Positions 35,751 to 45,744 of a stretch of 64,000 bases of DNA are shown in pieces (the stretch's first letter is position 1; each line of letters opens with the position of its first letter). Position numbers and translations under genes: made by a program. Source of the DNA: Leadbetterella sp. (lineage in GTDB: Bacteria; Bacteroidota; Bacteroidia; Cytophagales; Spirosomataceae); NCBI GenBank assembly GCA_035299025.1, contig DATGXK010000019.1:22142-86141 (forward strand). The letters are read 5' to 3'. The notes beneath the pieces are model-generated. The model was given only the letters and a program-made list of their open reading frames with translations, did no database searches and was not told the DNA's origin.

Positions 35751-37010
35751 TTAGTCAGGTAAAGGAATAACAATTTCGAAAGCTGAGCCTACGCCCACTT
35801 CGCTTTCTACATTTATTTTCCATTTATGAAGGTTGATAATTTCTTTGACATAGTTCAGTCCTAGCCCAAAGCCTTTGACATTGTGTAAGTTGCCAGTGGG
35901 CACGCGGTAAAACTTATTAAAAATCTTCGGAATAAATTCCTTGGGAATACCGATGCCTTTATCAGAAATAACCACCACCAAAGCATGGTTCTCGTTCCGA
36001 GTAGCTATTTGAATTTTTGGAGGCTTGCCCGAGTACTTGATGGCGTTGTCTATTAGATTCCGAATCACATTCATGAGGTGCATCCTGTCGGCGTTGATGG
36101 TAGTTTTGGTGGCTTGTAAGTCCAGCTTAAAATTGTCCTCCAATTCGGCTTTTACACTGTCAGACACCTCGGCTAGTATCTCATGTACTTCCTGCAGTTT
36201 CATGTCGAGTTCTATCTGACCACGACCTATTTTGGCTGTGGCCAATACCGCCTCTACCTGATTTTTAAGTCTATTGTTTTCCTGCTTAATTATCTGCACA
36301 TATTTCTTGAACCTCTCAGGTTGGTCCAAAATTTTGCTTTGACCCAATACATCAGTAGCAATTTTTATGGTAGAAATAGGCGTCTGAAACTCGTGCGTCA
36401 TATTGTTTATAAAGTCACGCTGCACTTCGCTGAGGCGTTTTTGCTTCAAAATAATAAACATCGCATAGCCAAAAAAGGCCATCACCACCATAGTAATTAT
36501 GGATGACACAATCCAAAAATCCAGCTTACTGGTCAAGTAACTTTTCTGATTTGGAAATTTAACACCGAAATAATTGAGAAATTTATCTGTAGTGGGGAGA
36601 TTAATATTGTGATCTAATTCTTCAACTTCAAAGTCGCTGTTGATGTGGGCTCCAAAAACTATTTTGTCGGTCTCGCAATCGTATATTCCGTATTCAAAAT
36701 CTGTATTGATATTGTTTTTCTTGAATTCTTCTTTGAGCAAATGTTCCAACAAACTATGCTGCAACGGAACACGAAGATTTACCACATAATAATCTGAAGA
36801 ATATTGGCTTACGGGATTTTCAATACTTGAGAGTTTGTAAGCCTTCGATATTTGGTTGGCTACATTCCTTAAAGAAACCATGGTGGTCTGCCTAAACTGC
36901 TGGTCTTTCAAATCAAAGGCTTTTTTTACCCAATAGATCTGAATTGCAATGATACCAGTAATGGCTATCACTCCTAATATTATGACAAGTCTTATGGTAT
37001 TTCTACTCAA
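35751..37010 (-). CDS. sensor histidine kinase
   Basis: Two TM segments flank an extracytoplasmic region of about 140 aa. The H-box is NMTHEFQTPIST, the N-box NLIDNAIKYS, and the G-boxes DKGIGI and GFGLGL. The only available start is the TTG at 37010. Confidence 0.88.
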   Translation of the reverse strand: MSRNTIRLVIILGVIAITGIIAIQIYWVKKAFDLKDQQFRQTTMVSLRNVANQISKAYKLSSIENPVSQYSSDYYVVNLRVPLQHSLLEHLLKEEFKKNNINTDFEYGIYDCETDKIVFGAHINSDFEVEELDHNINLPTTDKFLNYFGVKFPNQKSYLTSKLDFWIVSSIITMVVMAFFGYAMFIILKQKRLSEVQRDFINNMTHEFQTPISTIKIATDVLGQSKILDQPERFKKYVQIIKQENNRLKNQVEAVLATAKIGRGQIELDMKLQEVHEILAEVSDSVKAELEDNFKLDLQATKTTINADRMHLMNVIRNLIDNAIKYSGKPPKIQIATRNENHALVVVISDKGIGIPKEFIPKIFNKFYRVPTGNLHNVKGFGLGLNYVKEIINLHKWKINVESEVGVGSAFEIVIPLPD

Positions 37011-37152
37011 TTTCTTACGCTAATAATTTACTTTGGAAAGTATTGTAATATGACAAAGATAATAAGTGTTTTTTAAGAAATTAAACGAATCCTTGAATAT
37101 GTGGCCTACCTTCTTTATTTTGCGGGTCAGATTTCTATTTAACCTCTAACAA

Positions 37153-38772
37153 ATGCAAAAATTACAGACCCTTGATTACTTGGTGTTCTTTTTCTACTTT
37201 ATAGTAGTAGCAGGCTACGGCTACTGGATTTACAACCGAAAAAAAACAAAAGAAACCTCTACAAAAGACTTTTTCTTGGCTGAAGGCTCCCTTACTTGGT
37301 GGGCCATAGGTGCTTCTCTCATCGCCTCCAACATATCTGCTGAGCAGATGATCGGTATGTCTGGCAATGGTTTTTCAATGGGCTTGGGCATATCTACGTA
37401 TGAGTGGATGGCCGCCGCTACTTTGATTATTGTGGCGGTGTTTTTTATGCCTATTTATCTAAAAAACAATATCTCAACAATGCCGCAGTTTTTGAGCCAG
37501 CGTTATAACAAAACGGTAAGCTTGATTATGGCCATTTTTTGGTTGTTGTTATATATCATGGTGAACCTCACCTCTATTTTGTATCTGGGAGCTCTGGCCG
37601 TTTCGGGCATTTCTGGTCTGGACTTCTACACCTGTATGGTTTTCTTGGCGGTTTTTGCCATAGTAATTACTATTGGCGGTATGAAAGTGATCGGTTTCAC
37701 AGATGTTATTCAGGTGTTTTTCTTAGTTATTGGCGGACTGGCTGCCACCTACCTGGCTGTTACTTTGGTTTCTGACAAATATGGAATGACAGGATTGGTA
37801 AATGGCTTCAAGCTGATGACTCAAAACCACGACGACCACTTCCACATGATTTATCCGAAAGGCAACCCTAATTATATGTCATTGCCTGGCCTTACAGTGC
37901 TTTTTGGCGGTATGTGGATCGTAAACCTCAACTATTGGGGTTGTAATCAATACATAACCCAAAGGGCTCTTGGTGCCGACTTAAGTACGGCTAGAAATGG
38001 GCTTCTTTTTGCAGCATTCTTGAAACTGCTCATGCCTGTTATTGTTACTTTGCCAGGCATAGCAGCCTACGCTTTGTATCAAAAAGGGATGTTTCAGCAA
38101 GAAATGCTAGGTGTGGATGGCACCTTTAACCAAGATAGAGCCTATCCAGTATTATTAAATCTCCTACCTATGGGGCTGAAAGGCTTGTCTTTTGCTGCTC
38201 TCACGGCCGCAGTAGTGGCTTCGTTGGCGGGTAAAGCTAACAGTATCTCTACCATTTTTACGCTTGACGTTTTCAGGCCTTATTTTGCCAAAGACATGTC
38301 GGAGCAAAAACTTGTGAAAGTAGGAAGATGGACCATCGTGGTGGCCATGATTTTGGCCATTGTTATTTCTCCTTTCATGGGAATTGAGAAAAAAGGTGGT
38401 TTTCAGTTCATTCAAGAAATGACCGGTCTTTTGTCTCCAGGTATTTTTGCGGCATTTATAATGGGCTTTTTCTGGAAAAGAACCAACTCTGCTGGGGCAT
38501 TTTTTGCCATAGTTGGCGGTTTTGCACTGGCTTTTTCAATGCACATGAACTGGCTCCCAGGAACCGACTGGAGCTCTGTTCCTTTCCTTGACCGAATGGG
38601 CTGGGTCTTTGTGATTTGTGTGGTCGTGATGTTTATATTGAGCTTGGTACTTCCAAACGAAAACAAAGGGCTCGAAATAGACGCATCAATGTTTAAAACC
38701 ACAAAAGGATTTGCAGTTGGAGCCGCCATCGTTATAGCCACTATAGTATTCCTCTATACTTACTTTTGGTAA
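37153..38772 (+). CDS. sodium:solute symporter family transporter (SGLT-like)
   Basis: 539 aa and polytopic. FFLAEGSLTWWAIGASLIASNISAEQMIGMSG is typical of the SSS family N-terminus. Confidence 0.88.
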   Translation: MQKLQTLDYLVFFFYFIVVAGYGYWIYNRKKTKETSTKDFFLAEGSLTWWAIGASLIASNISAEQMIGMSGNGFSMGLGISTYEWMAAATLIIVAVFFMPIYLKNNISTMPQFLSQRYNKTVSLIMAIFWLLLYIMVNLTSILYLGALAVSGISGLDFYTCMVFLAVFAIVITIGGMKVIGFTDVIQVFFLVIGGLAATYLAVTLVSDKYGMTGLVNGFKLMTQNHDDHFHMIYPKGNPNYMSLPGLTVLFGGMWIVNLNYWGCNQYITQRALGADLSTARNGLLFAAFLKLLMPVIVTLPGIAAYALYQKGMFQQEMLGVDGTFNQDRAYPVLLNLLPMGLKGLSFAALTAAVVASLAGKANSISTIFTLDVFRPYFAKDMSEQKLVKVGRWTIVVAMILAIVISPFMGIEKKGGFQFIQEMTGLLSPGIFAAFIMGFFWKRTNSAGAFFAIVGGFALAFSMHMNWLPGTDWSSVPFLDRMGWVFVICVVVMFILSLVLPNENKGLEIDASMFKTTKGFAVGAAIVIATIVFLYTYFW

Positions 38773-38801
38773 AATTGGCTTCGATGAAAATATATTATAA
38801 C

Positions 38802-38828
38802 AAAAAAGGAGCTTTCGCTCCTTTTTTG
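38802..38828. terminator. bidirectional terminator between the convergent symporter and acyl-CoA ligase genes
   Basis: AAAAAAGGAGC-TTTC-GCTCCTTTTTT. Confidence 0.8.
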
Positions 38829-38829
38829 T

Positions 38830-40491
38830 TTACTCAAATATCACCGTTTCGGATTCTTCATACCATTGCTCGTACTTACTCTCAAACTCCTTCTCTATAA
38901 CGTTCCGTTTGATTTTCATGGTGGGTGTCATTTTGTTGTTTTCTACCGTCCATAAATCTTTCAAGAGTACAATTTTCTTGATTTTTTCATAAGATTTCAA
39001 AGTCGGGTTCAGAGCCTCCAAGTGTTGCTTTAGGTTCTCTACAAGTTCGTTTTGTGCCAGCTTCCTTCCTATCTCAGACAACACCACCAAGGCTATTGGT
39101 TGTGGCAGATTTTGCCCAACCACACATATTTGTTCAATGTTATTATTTGTCGAAAAGCCCATTTCTATTTGGGCTGGAGCCACATACTCGCCCTTTGAGG
39201 TTTTGTACATTTCTTTCACCCTACCCGTAATCTTTAGATATCCTTCAGCATCCACCTCACCTACGTCACCGGTGTGTATCCATCCTTCTTTGTCAAGCGT
39301 CTCTGCTGTCATTTTGGGCTCTTTATAATAGCCCAACATATTCCATTTTGACCTCGTCAAAATCTCGCCGGTGTCCTTGTCTATCCTCACCTCCATGCCC
39401 GGATAAATCTTACCCACCGAACCTTCACGTTTCTGACCCAGTGGCATCATACAAACCGCACCCAAATTCTCCGTCATTCCATAGGCTTCATGTATGTCGA
39501 TACCCAGTTTTTCAAACCACTTAATCAAGCTAGCTGGCATAGGTGCTGCACCTGTATAGCACATCCAAGTATCGGCAAGGCCGAGGCCTTTCTTTATTTT
39601 TTTCTTGATAAGAGTGCTTATGATAGGTAAGCTCAGCAATATATTTAGCCTTTTTTGAGGTAATTTGGACAAAATACCCAACTGAAACTTGGTCCAGATA
39701 CGTGGGACCGCCAAAAAATGTGTAGGATTGGCATTCTGGAGGTTTTTCGAAAACGTATCTAGATTTTCTGCAAAATAAATTACGCCTCCGGTAACTATAC
39801 AAAGCGACTCCACAATATTACGCTCTGCTATGTGGCACAGCGGCAAATAAGAGAAAAACCGAGTCCCTTCGCGTTCGGCAAAAACCAAATCGCGGGTTTG
39901 ATAAATGCACTCCGAAACCGCCGAATAATTTACCATAACTCCCTTAGGATTGCCCGTAGTGCCTGAGGTGTAAATAATAGTAAAAAGGGCATTCATGACA
40001 GGAGAAATATTCCTTTCATCAGGCAGATGTTTATCTAAAATTTCATCCCATTGAATATGATTTTCGTCAGGATTATAATTCGGGAATGACACACAAGGCA
40101 GTTCTTGGGGTATTCCAGATTTCATAGATTTCCAGTCGTCGAGCTTACCAATAAAAACCAGCTTACTTTCGGAGTGTACCAAAATCTGGTTTATTTGCTC
40201 TGCTGTGAGCGTAGGATACATCGGCACAGAAATGTGCCCCGCTTGCATAATAGCCAAATCGGTGATGATCCATTCAGCACAGTTTTTGGAGATAAGGGCT
40301 ATATTGCTGTTGGCTGGCAATCCCAGACTGTTGATGAAAGTAGAAACTTTCCTAATCTGTTCGCCAGCACTTTTCCATGAAATGTCAATGAAATCATCAC
40401 CAAAAGGTTGTTTTAGAAAAATACTTTCTGGTGTATTTTTTTCCCAATGATAAAAATATTCTAAAATCGATTTATCTCTTGTTACTTTCAT
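38830..40491 (-). CDS. long-chain fatty acid--CoA ligase (AMP-binding enzyme)
   Basis: The AMP-binding motif is IIYTSGTTGNPKGV, with GWIHTGDVG and a terminal KIKR region. The ATG at 40491 is preferred over the TTG at 40503. Confidence 0.88.
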   Translation of the reverse strand: MKVTRDKSILEYFYHWEKNTPESIFLKQPFGDDFIDISWKSAGEQIRKVSTFINSLGLPANSNIALISKNCAEWIITDLAIMQAGHISVPMYPTLTAEQINQILVHSESKLVFIGKLDDWKSMKSGIPQELPCVSFPNYNPDENHIQWDEILDKHLPDERNISPVMNALFTIIYTSGTTGNPKGVMVNYSAVSECIYQTRDLVFAEREGTRFFSYLPLCHIAERNIVESLCIVTGGVIYFAENLDTFSKNLQNANPTHFLAVPRIWTKFQLGILSKLPQKRLNILLSLPIISTLIKKKIKKGLGLADTWMCYTGAAPMPASLIKWFEKLGIDIHEAYGMTENLGAVCMMPLGQKREGSVGKIYPGMEVRIDKDTGEILTRSKWNMLGYYKEPKMTAETLDKEGWIHTGDVGEVDAEGYLKITGRVKEMYKTSKGEYVAPAQIEMGFSTNNNIEQICVVGQNLPQPIALVVLSEIGRKLAQNELVENLKQHLEALNPTLKSYEKIKKIVLLKDLWTVENNKMTPTMKIKRNVIEKEFESKYEQWYEESETVIFE

Positions 40492-40590
40492 AAGGCTAGG
40501 CAATTAAATATTTATATTATTTGTAAAAATAATGATATTTATGAAAAACCTTAACGAAACCTTAGAATTTTGAAAATCAGGCTCCCAAAA

Positions 40591-41412
40591 CTAAGCCGTT
40601 TGATATTTGACTTTGTAAAAATCTAAAAACTTGAGAATGGTTTCTACATGGGTACCCAAACCGACATTTAGAAACTGATTTTCCTCTATTTCTACACCAT
40701 CTTTCACTATTTTAGGAGAAAAACCTAGTGGCAAATGCATGGTTTTGGACTGTATGGCCCATATTCTGCCATCTTTGTCGAAAGTCGGTCCGCCACTCTG
40801 GCCCCTCAGGCCCGGGGTGCTGGTTTCTATCCATTTGTACTCGTAATAATTGTCTGGACTTTTACCAGTCAACAATTGCCTGGTCATGATGCCGTCCATC
40901 GGGAAAGTGGGAATAGGAAATATACTCCGATCAAAAGAAAAACTTTTTGAAGTGTCCGAATAAGTCGCCTGCAAATCGTAGAAAGGATAACCGAGCTTGC
41001 ATAAGCTGGTGGCCGGCATAACTTTGTCTGGCCGCTGAAAAACAGGATATTTTTTCACAAAATCAGGATGCATGTTGTCAATTTTACCAATGGCCAAGTC
41101 ATTTTCAGGCAAAACATGAAACTGCGAAATTCGGTGATGGTCAGCACCAAACCACATAGAGTGATTCAGTATCCATTTGGGATTAGGCTGCTGGTGAGAG
41201 GCTCTACTCTGCTGATATTGAGCCAATTGCACTTGATGTTCCTGAAAATCTTGCAATCCTTGAAGCACATGTGCCGCTGTGAGAATCCATCCTTCATCAT
41301 TGACAATTACAAAACTTCCCAATCCGCTTTCAATCGTTCCATCATAAAATCTATTGGATATAATCAAGGGAAAGGTAAACTGTGTGGCGATTTTGTAAGC
41401 TTCTGCAAACAT
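40591..41412 (-). CDS. trypsin-like (S1/S1-like) serine peptidase without an obvious signal peptide
   Basis: 273 aa. The candidate triad is LTAAHV (His), NDLAIGKI (Asp) and GQSGGPTF (Ser). Confidence 0.65.
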   Translation of the reverse strand: MFAEAYKIATQFTFPLIISNRFYDGTIESGLGSFVIVNDEGWILTAAHVLQGLQDFQEHQVQLAQYQQSRASHQQPNPKWILNHSMWFGADHHRISQFHVLPENDLAIGKIDNMHPDFVKKYPVFQRPDKVMPATSLCKLGYPFYDLQATYSDTSKSFSFDRSIFPIPTFPMDGIMTRQLLTGKSPDNYYEYKWIETSTPGLRGQSGGPTFDKDGRIWAIQSKTMHLPLGFSPKIVKDGVEIEENQFLNVGLGTHVETILKFLDFYKVKYQTA

Positions 41413-41418
41413 AGTTTG

Positions 41419-43050
41419 TTATTTTATTGAAAACACCCTTTCACCCCCAATATAGGTGGCATTAACTTTAACATTTCTTATTTTACTCATATCTGCGGTC
41501 ATGATATCGTCTTCTAAAACCACGAAATCGGCCATTTTCCCCTTTTCTATACTTCCCCTTTCTTTCTCCTCAAAGTTGGCATAAGCACTCCAGATCGTCA
41601 TGGCTCGTAAAGCCGACTCTTTGCTAAGAGCATTTTCCATTTGAAAACCGCCCGAGGGCCAATTGGCGTGGTCTTGTCTCGCTACTGCAGAATGAAATCC
41701 GTACAATGGATTGACAAACTCTACCGGAAAATCACTTCCGTTGGCCAACATACCGTTTTGTTTACGTAGGTCTTCGAAGGGATAAGCATGCCTTACTCTT
41801 TCTTTTCCGAGCCTCGCCTCGGCCCAATACATGTCTGAGGTGGCATGAGTTGCCTGAATGGACGGAATCACGGAGTATTTGCCAAACTTCGGCACGTCTG
41901 ATGGATTAACCACTTGGCAATGCTCTATTCTCCAACGACGATTGTTCTTGCTCTTCAGGTATTTTCCGTACAAATCCAATACCAACCTGTTAGCCGAGTC
42001 ACCAATACAGTGCGTATTCACTTGATAATTAGACTTATATATCTGAGCAAAATATTTGTCCATTTCGCTCTTACTGGTCAAAAGAAACCCCGAATTTGAA
42101 CTTTGGTCTGAATATGGCTTCAACAAAACCGCTCCTCTAGAACCCAAAGCTCCATCGGCATAAACTTTGAAAGACCTTACGTTCATTCGGTCGGTTTTAA
42201 TTATTCCTCTTCTTGTGAAATAATCCACATTCCGAAGCCCCACAGATACCATGGCATAATCTCTAATTTTTAAACTTCCCTCCTTTTGCATTTTCATCAT
42301 CAGCTCTATGTCTTCTTGATTTATTCCTGCATCTGAAACCGTTGTGAGGCCATTTTTGAGACACTCCGCTTGAGCCGCAAGTATTTGCTGTCTTTTGACT
42401 TTTTCATCTTCTTTGGGCATTACTCTTTTTACCAAACCCATGGCGTTATCAATCAAAATACCCGTAAGTTGCCCATCTATTACCTCCACATCTCCTCCAG
42501 AAACTTTACTCGAAGGCGATATCTTGGCCGCTTGAATCACCTTAGAATTTACCAACATAGCGTGGCCGTCTATTCTGGTCAGCATAACCGGAACATCTGG
42601 AAATATTTGGTCCAGATCATCTTTATTCGGAAAAACCTTCACGTCCCAGTCGTTCTGATCCCAACCACGGCCAACCAGCCAAGCTTGAGTGGGATGTTCT
42701 TTCCTGAAATTTTGTAGTCGTGTCAGAATTTCTTTAAAACTCTTTGCACCGACCAAATCGCACTGCGAGAGCATTTGACCTAAACCCAGAAAATGCGAAT
42801 GCGGATCGTAAAAACCCGGAAAAACAGCCTTGTGATGTAAATCCACGGTGCTTTTTGCCAAATACTTTTTTGTGAGGTCAGAAGCATCTCCGACTTCAAC
42901 AAAAATACCTTTATCAACTACAAAGGCATTGGCTCTTGAAAATTTTTCATCGACCGTATAAACCTGGGCGTTATGAATCAGTAAATCCACTTGCTTTTTT
43001 TGAGAAAAAGCCAGCTGTGTTAAAAACAGAAGTATTGCAATCTTTTTCAT
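41419..43050 (-). CDS. amidohydrolase family protein (amidohydrolase_3-like), exported
   Basis: Signal peptide. It has the FPGFYDPHSHF (HxH) metal motif, and a later HCIGD and GSDFPVE. Confidence 0.8.
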   Translation of the reverse strand: MKKIAILLFLTQLAFSQKKQVDLLIHNAQVYTVDEKFSRANAFVVDKGIFVEVGDASDLTKKYLAKSTVDLHHKAVFPGFYDPHSHFLGLGQMLSQCDLVGAKSFKEILTRLQNFRKEHPTQAWLVGRGWDQNDWDVKVFPNKDDLDQIFPDVPVMLTRIDGHAMLVNSKVIQAAKISPSSKVSGGDVEVIDGQLTGILIDNAMGLVKRVMPKEDEKVKRQQILAAQAECLKNGLTTVSDAGINQEDIELMMKMQKEGSLKIRDYAMVSVGLRNVDYFTRRGIIKTDRMNVRSFKVYADGALGSRGAVLLKPYSDQSSNSGFLLTSKSEMDKYFAQIYKSNYQVNTHCIGDSANRLVLDLYGKYLKSKNNRRWRIEHCQVVNPSDVPKFGKYSVIPSIQATHATSDMYWAEARLGKERVRHAYPFEDLRKQNGMLANGSDFPVEFVNPLYGFHSAVARQDHANWPSGGFQMENALSKESALRAMTIWSAYANFEEKERGSIEKGKMADFVVLEDDIMTADMSKIRNVKVNATYIGGERVFSIK

Positions 43051-43061
43051 TTCTAAATAAA

Positions 43062-45608
43062 TTATTCTTCGTTTCCGAATCTTTGAGAACCTAAAGCATT
43101 ACTAAAAAACAAGGCATTGAAAAACAACTTGTTAGTACCAAACCAGATACCCCGGAAGTTGGGGTTGTCTGAAAAAAGAATGATTTGTCCAGCTCCTGAG
43201 GTTTCCGAGATAATAGCGGCCGAATTCATGATTTTAGACAAAGAACTCGGATGCACATATCCACTAACCCATGGATTGTTTACGTACTGGGCTACCGTGG
43301 CAACAGGATTTTTAGATTTTTCTAAAAATGTATTGTTATTTCGGTAAACATGCAGAGAATTGCTTTCAAATCCATAGCCCAAAGGATGTGTGATATCAAT
43401 ATTCACCTCAAAAATTGCTCCTCCCGTAGATTTTGCCCCCTGTGTATCAGCAAGTTTTTCAAAATTATATCTCTTCTGGTCTTTTTCGTTTTCTGAAGCA
43501 ACAATTTTCGATTCTGATATTTCCTTTTTTATGGCCCATTCAGAGGCAGTTTTTAAAGTTATCAAGTTTCCGCCTTGTTTTACCCAATCTTTAATTTTCT
43601 TAACAGAGGCATCATTCAGAGCATCATATTGGCCGCTAACCATTACCAGATGCGTATAAGTATTGAGGTTTACCCTTCCAAACTGACCGATATCTAATTT
43701 GGTGATGGGCATCTGGAGCTTGGTTTCCAAGAGATGCCAAACTTCGCCTACTTCGTATTGACTTGTGCCTTGTCCTGCCAAAACCATAGCTTTCGGTTTG
43801 ATTATGGTCTTGAAAGAATTTGAACCTAAATCAATACCACCAGAACTAAAGCCCGTGTTGATAGGGAAAATTTCAACTGAACAAGTTCTTTGAACTTCAG
43901 CTAATAACTCAGACAGTTTGTCTGCGGTTAGCTTCTGACTTTGATTGGGAATCAGAAGGGTTCCATGTGTCCAGTTTTTACCACCAATAGCAAAAGATTT
44001 CATGGCAACTTTCACCAAAATATCTTTAGAAAGAAGCTGATATAGTGCTTTGGCGGCATTATAATCTCTCCAATCAATAAGGTAAGCATAGTCTGACTTT
44101 TTAAAATCTGAAATAGGACTTTCAAGAGCAGCATCAGACAGTTGAACTCCAAGCTCGGGTGTAATTTTACTTTCAGCATGTTTCAGGCCAAAGGCCAAGG
44201 CGAGGTTCCATGTAGAGGTATCGTAAAAAACACTATCAGCAAAGCTCTTTGGCTTGTCAAAAATAGACTTTACCAACAATGATTGAGGCTGATTGAGCGG
44301 AATAAAAATAGCTCGCCCACTTTTGAATGTGAGTTCCGCTCCTTTTGTATCATTTTTGAGCTGGTAAGCCTTTATTTTATGTTGAAGCAACAAATCCCAA
44401 AAAGCTTTATTTCTGTTTTGATCAAAATCATCACCAATCAAATAGCCTTTAATTAAGCTTTTTGAAGCCTCTTTGTCGATATTTTTAAAAAAATCTGACT
44501 GATGTTTTAGTAGTACTTTGCGTTCATCTACAGAAGCATGAATAGTGGCTATGGCATTTACCAATTGGTTTCTAACAGCAAATTTATATGTCAAAATACC
44601 GTTGTCAGAGTCTTGGGCGTGGCCTCTGCTACTGCCCTGCTCAAACAACAAACCCAACCCGCCCTGCATATCTGGATATGAACTTCCGTAGCCCGGATAG
44701 AAATTATCAAACGACTCTTTGGTGTAATAAAAAGACCCGATTTCGTTCATGGCTTTTTCGAAATGCTTAGCAAATTTGCTGTTGAGCATTTTATAATTGT
44801 CCTGAGGCACTAGTGGATTCTCGGCATTGCTTTTGGTAGGCTCAAAAAAATGCGTGCTATTGGTGCCCATTTCGTGAAAGTCTGTTACCACATTTGGCAT
44901 CCATTGGTGATAGTATTTCAGACGGTTTCGAGATTCTTTGTGAACCACCAAGTACCAGTCACGGTTCAAATCAAACCAATAATGGTTTACTCGGCCAGAA
45001 GGCCAAACTTCATTGTGCTCACGGTCATTGGGATCCGTTACATTTGGCTCGCCTTTGTGCATGTTTACCCAATTATTAAATCTATCTCTGCCATCTGGAT
45101 TCACAACTGGCTCCATCAAATACACTGCATTATCGTATATTTTGTTGGCTTCTTCACCCTGAATCGCAGCCAGAAAATAGGCCGTAAGAAGCGAAGCCTC
45201 GCCACCCGAAGCTTCATTGCCGTGAACATTATATCCGAGCCAAGTTACCACAGGTTGGTTTTCGAAGTCGCTACTTCTTCCCTCTACAATATCCAAATGG
45301 TTCTTTCTGATTGTCTCTAGTTTTGCAAGATTCTCTGGTTTCGCAAAATGCACAATGATTTGCTCGCGGTGCTCGTTGGTTTCTCCAATACTCACCACTT
45401 TTATTCTGTTGGAGGCCTTCTCCAAAACCCTCATGTACTCTACAATTTTGTCGTATCTGGTATGGTGGCTACCGACAGGGTAACCCAAAAATTGCTGCGG
45501 GCTCGGAATTTGCGGATTCAAGTTTTTCTTTGGCAGGAAATAGTCATTTTGAGAAAATCCTAGCTGAGGAAGTATGAGAATCCAAATTAGTAGAAGTATT
45601 TTTTTCAT
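43062..45608 (-). CDS. M14 family zinc carboxypeptidase, large exported form
   Basis: Signal peptide. It has WLGYNVHGNEASGGEA (HxxE zinc motif) and NPDGRD, plus a long C-terminal extension. Confidence 0.8.
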   Translation of the reverse strand: MKKILLLIWILILPQLGFSQNDYFLPKKNLNPQIPSPQQFLGYPVGSHHTRYDKIVEYMRVLEKASNRIKVVSIGETNEHREQIIVHFAKPENLAKLETIRKNHLDIVEGRSSDFENQPVVTWLGYNVHGNEASGGEASLLTAYFLAAIQGEEANKIYDNAVYLMEPVVNPDGRDRFNNWVNMHKGEPNVTDPNDREHNEVWPSGRVNHYWFDLNRDWYLVVHKESRNRLKYYHQWMPNVVTDFHEMGTNSTHFFEPTKSNAENPLVPQDNYKMLNSKFAKHFEKAMNEIGSFYYTKESFDNFYPGYGSSYPDMQGGLGLLFEQGSSRGHAQDSDNGILTYKFAVRNQLVNAIATIHASVDERKVLLKHQSDFFKNIDKEASKSLIKGYLIGDDFDQNRNKAFWDLLLQHKIKAYQLKNDTKGAELTFKSGRAIFIPLNQPQSLLVKSIFDKPKSFADSVFYDTSTWNLALAFGLKHAESKITPELGVQLSDAALESPISDFKKSDYAYLIDWRDYNAAKALYQLLSKDILVKVAMKSFAIGGKNWTHGTLLIPNQSQKLTADKLSELLAEVQRTCSVEIFPINTGFSSGGIDLGSNSFKTIIKPKAMVLAGQGTSQYEVGEVWHLLETKLQMPITKLDIGQFGRVNLNTYTHLVMVSGQYDALNDASVKKIKDWVKQGGNLITLKTASEWAIKKEISESKIVASENEKDQKRYNFEKLADTQGAKSTGGAIFEVNIDITHPLGYGFESNSLHVYRNNNTFLEKSKNPVATVAQYVNNPWVSGYVHPSSLSKIMNSAAIISETSGAGQIILFSDNPNFRGIWFGTNKLFFNALFFSNALGSQRFGNEE

Positions 45609-45677
45609 GAATATAAATGATGGTTAATGGTGTAATTTCTTCAAATTAAACATATTTCGAGTTAAAATTTTAGCTTT

Positions 45678-45717
45678 TTGACAAAAAAGAAAGAGACCTG
45701 ATTTTATCAAGTCTCTT
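45678..45717 (-). terminator. intrinsic terminator after the first pirin gene
   Basis: Minus strand: AAGAGAC-(13-nt loop)-GTCTCTT followed by TCTTTTTT. Confidence 0.6.
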
Positions 45718-45744
45718 ATATTTAAAATTCTATGCAAAATCTAA

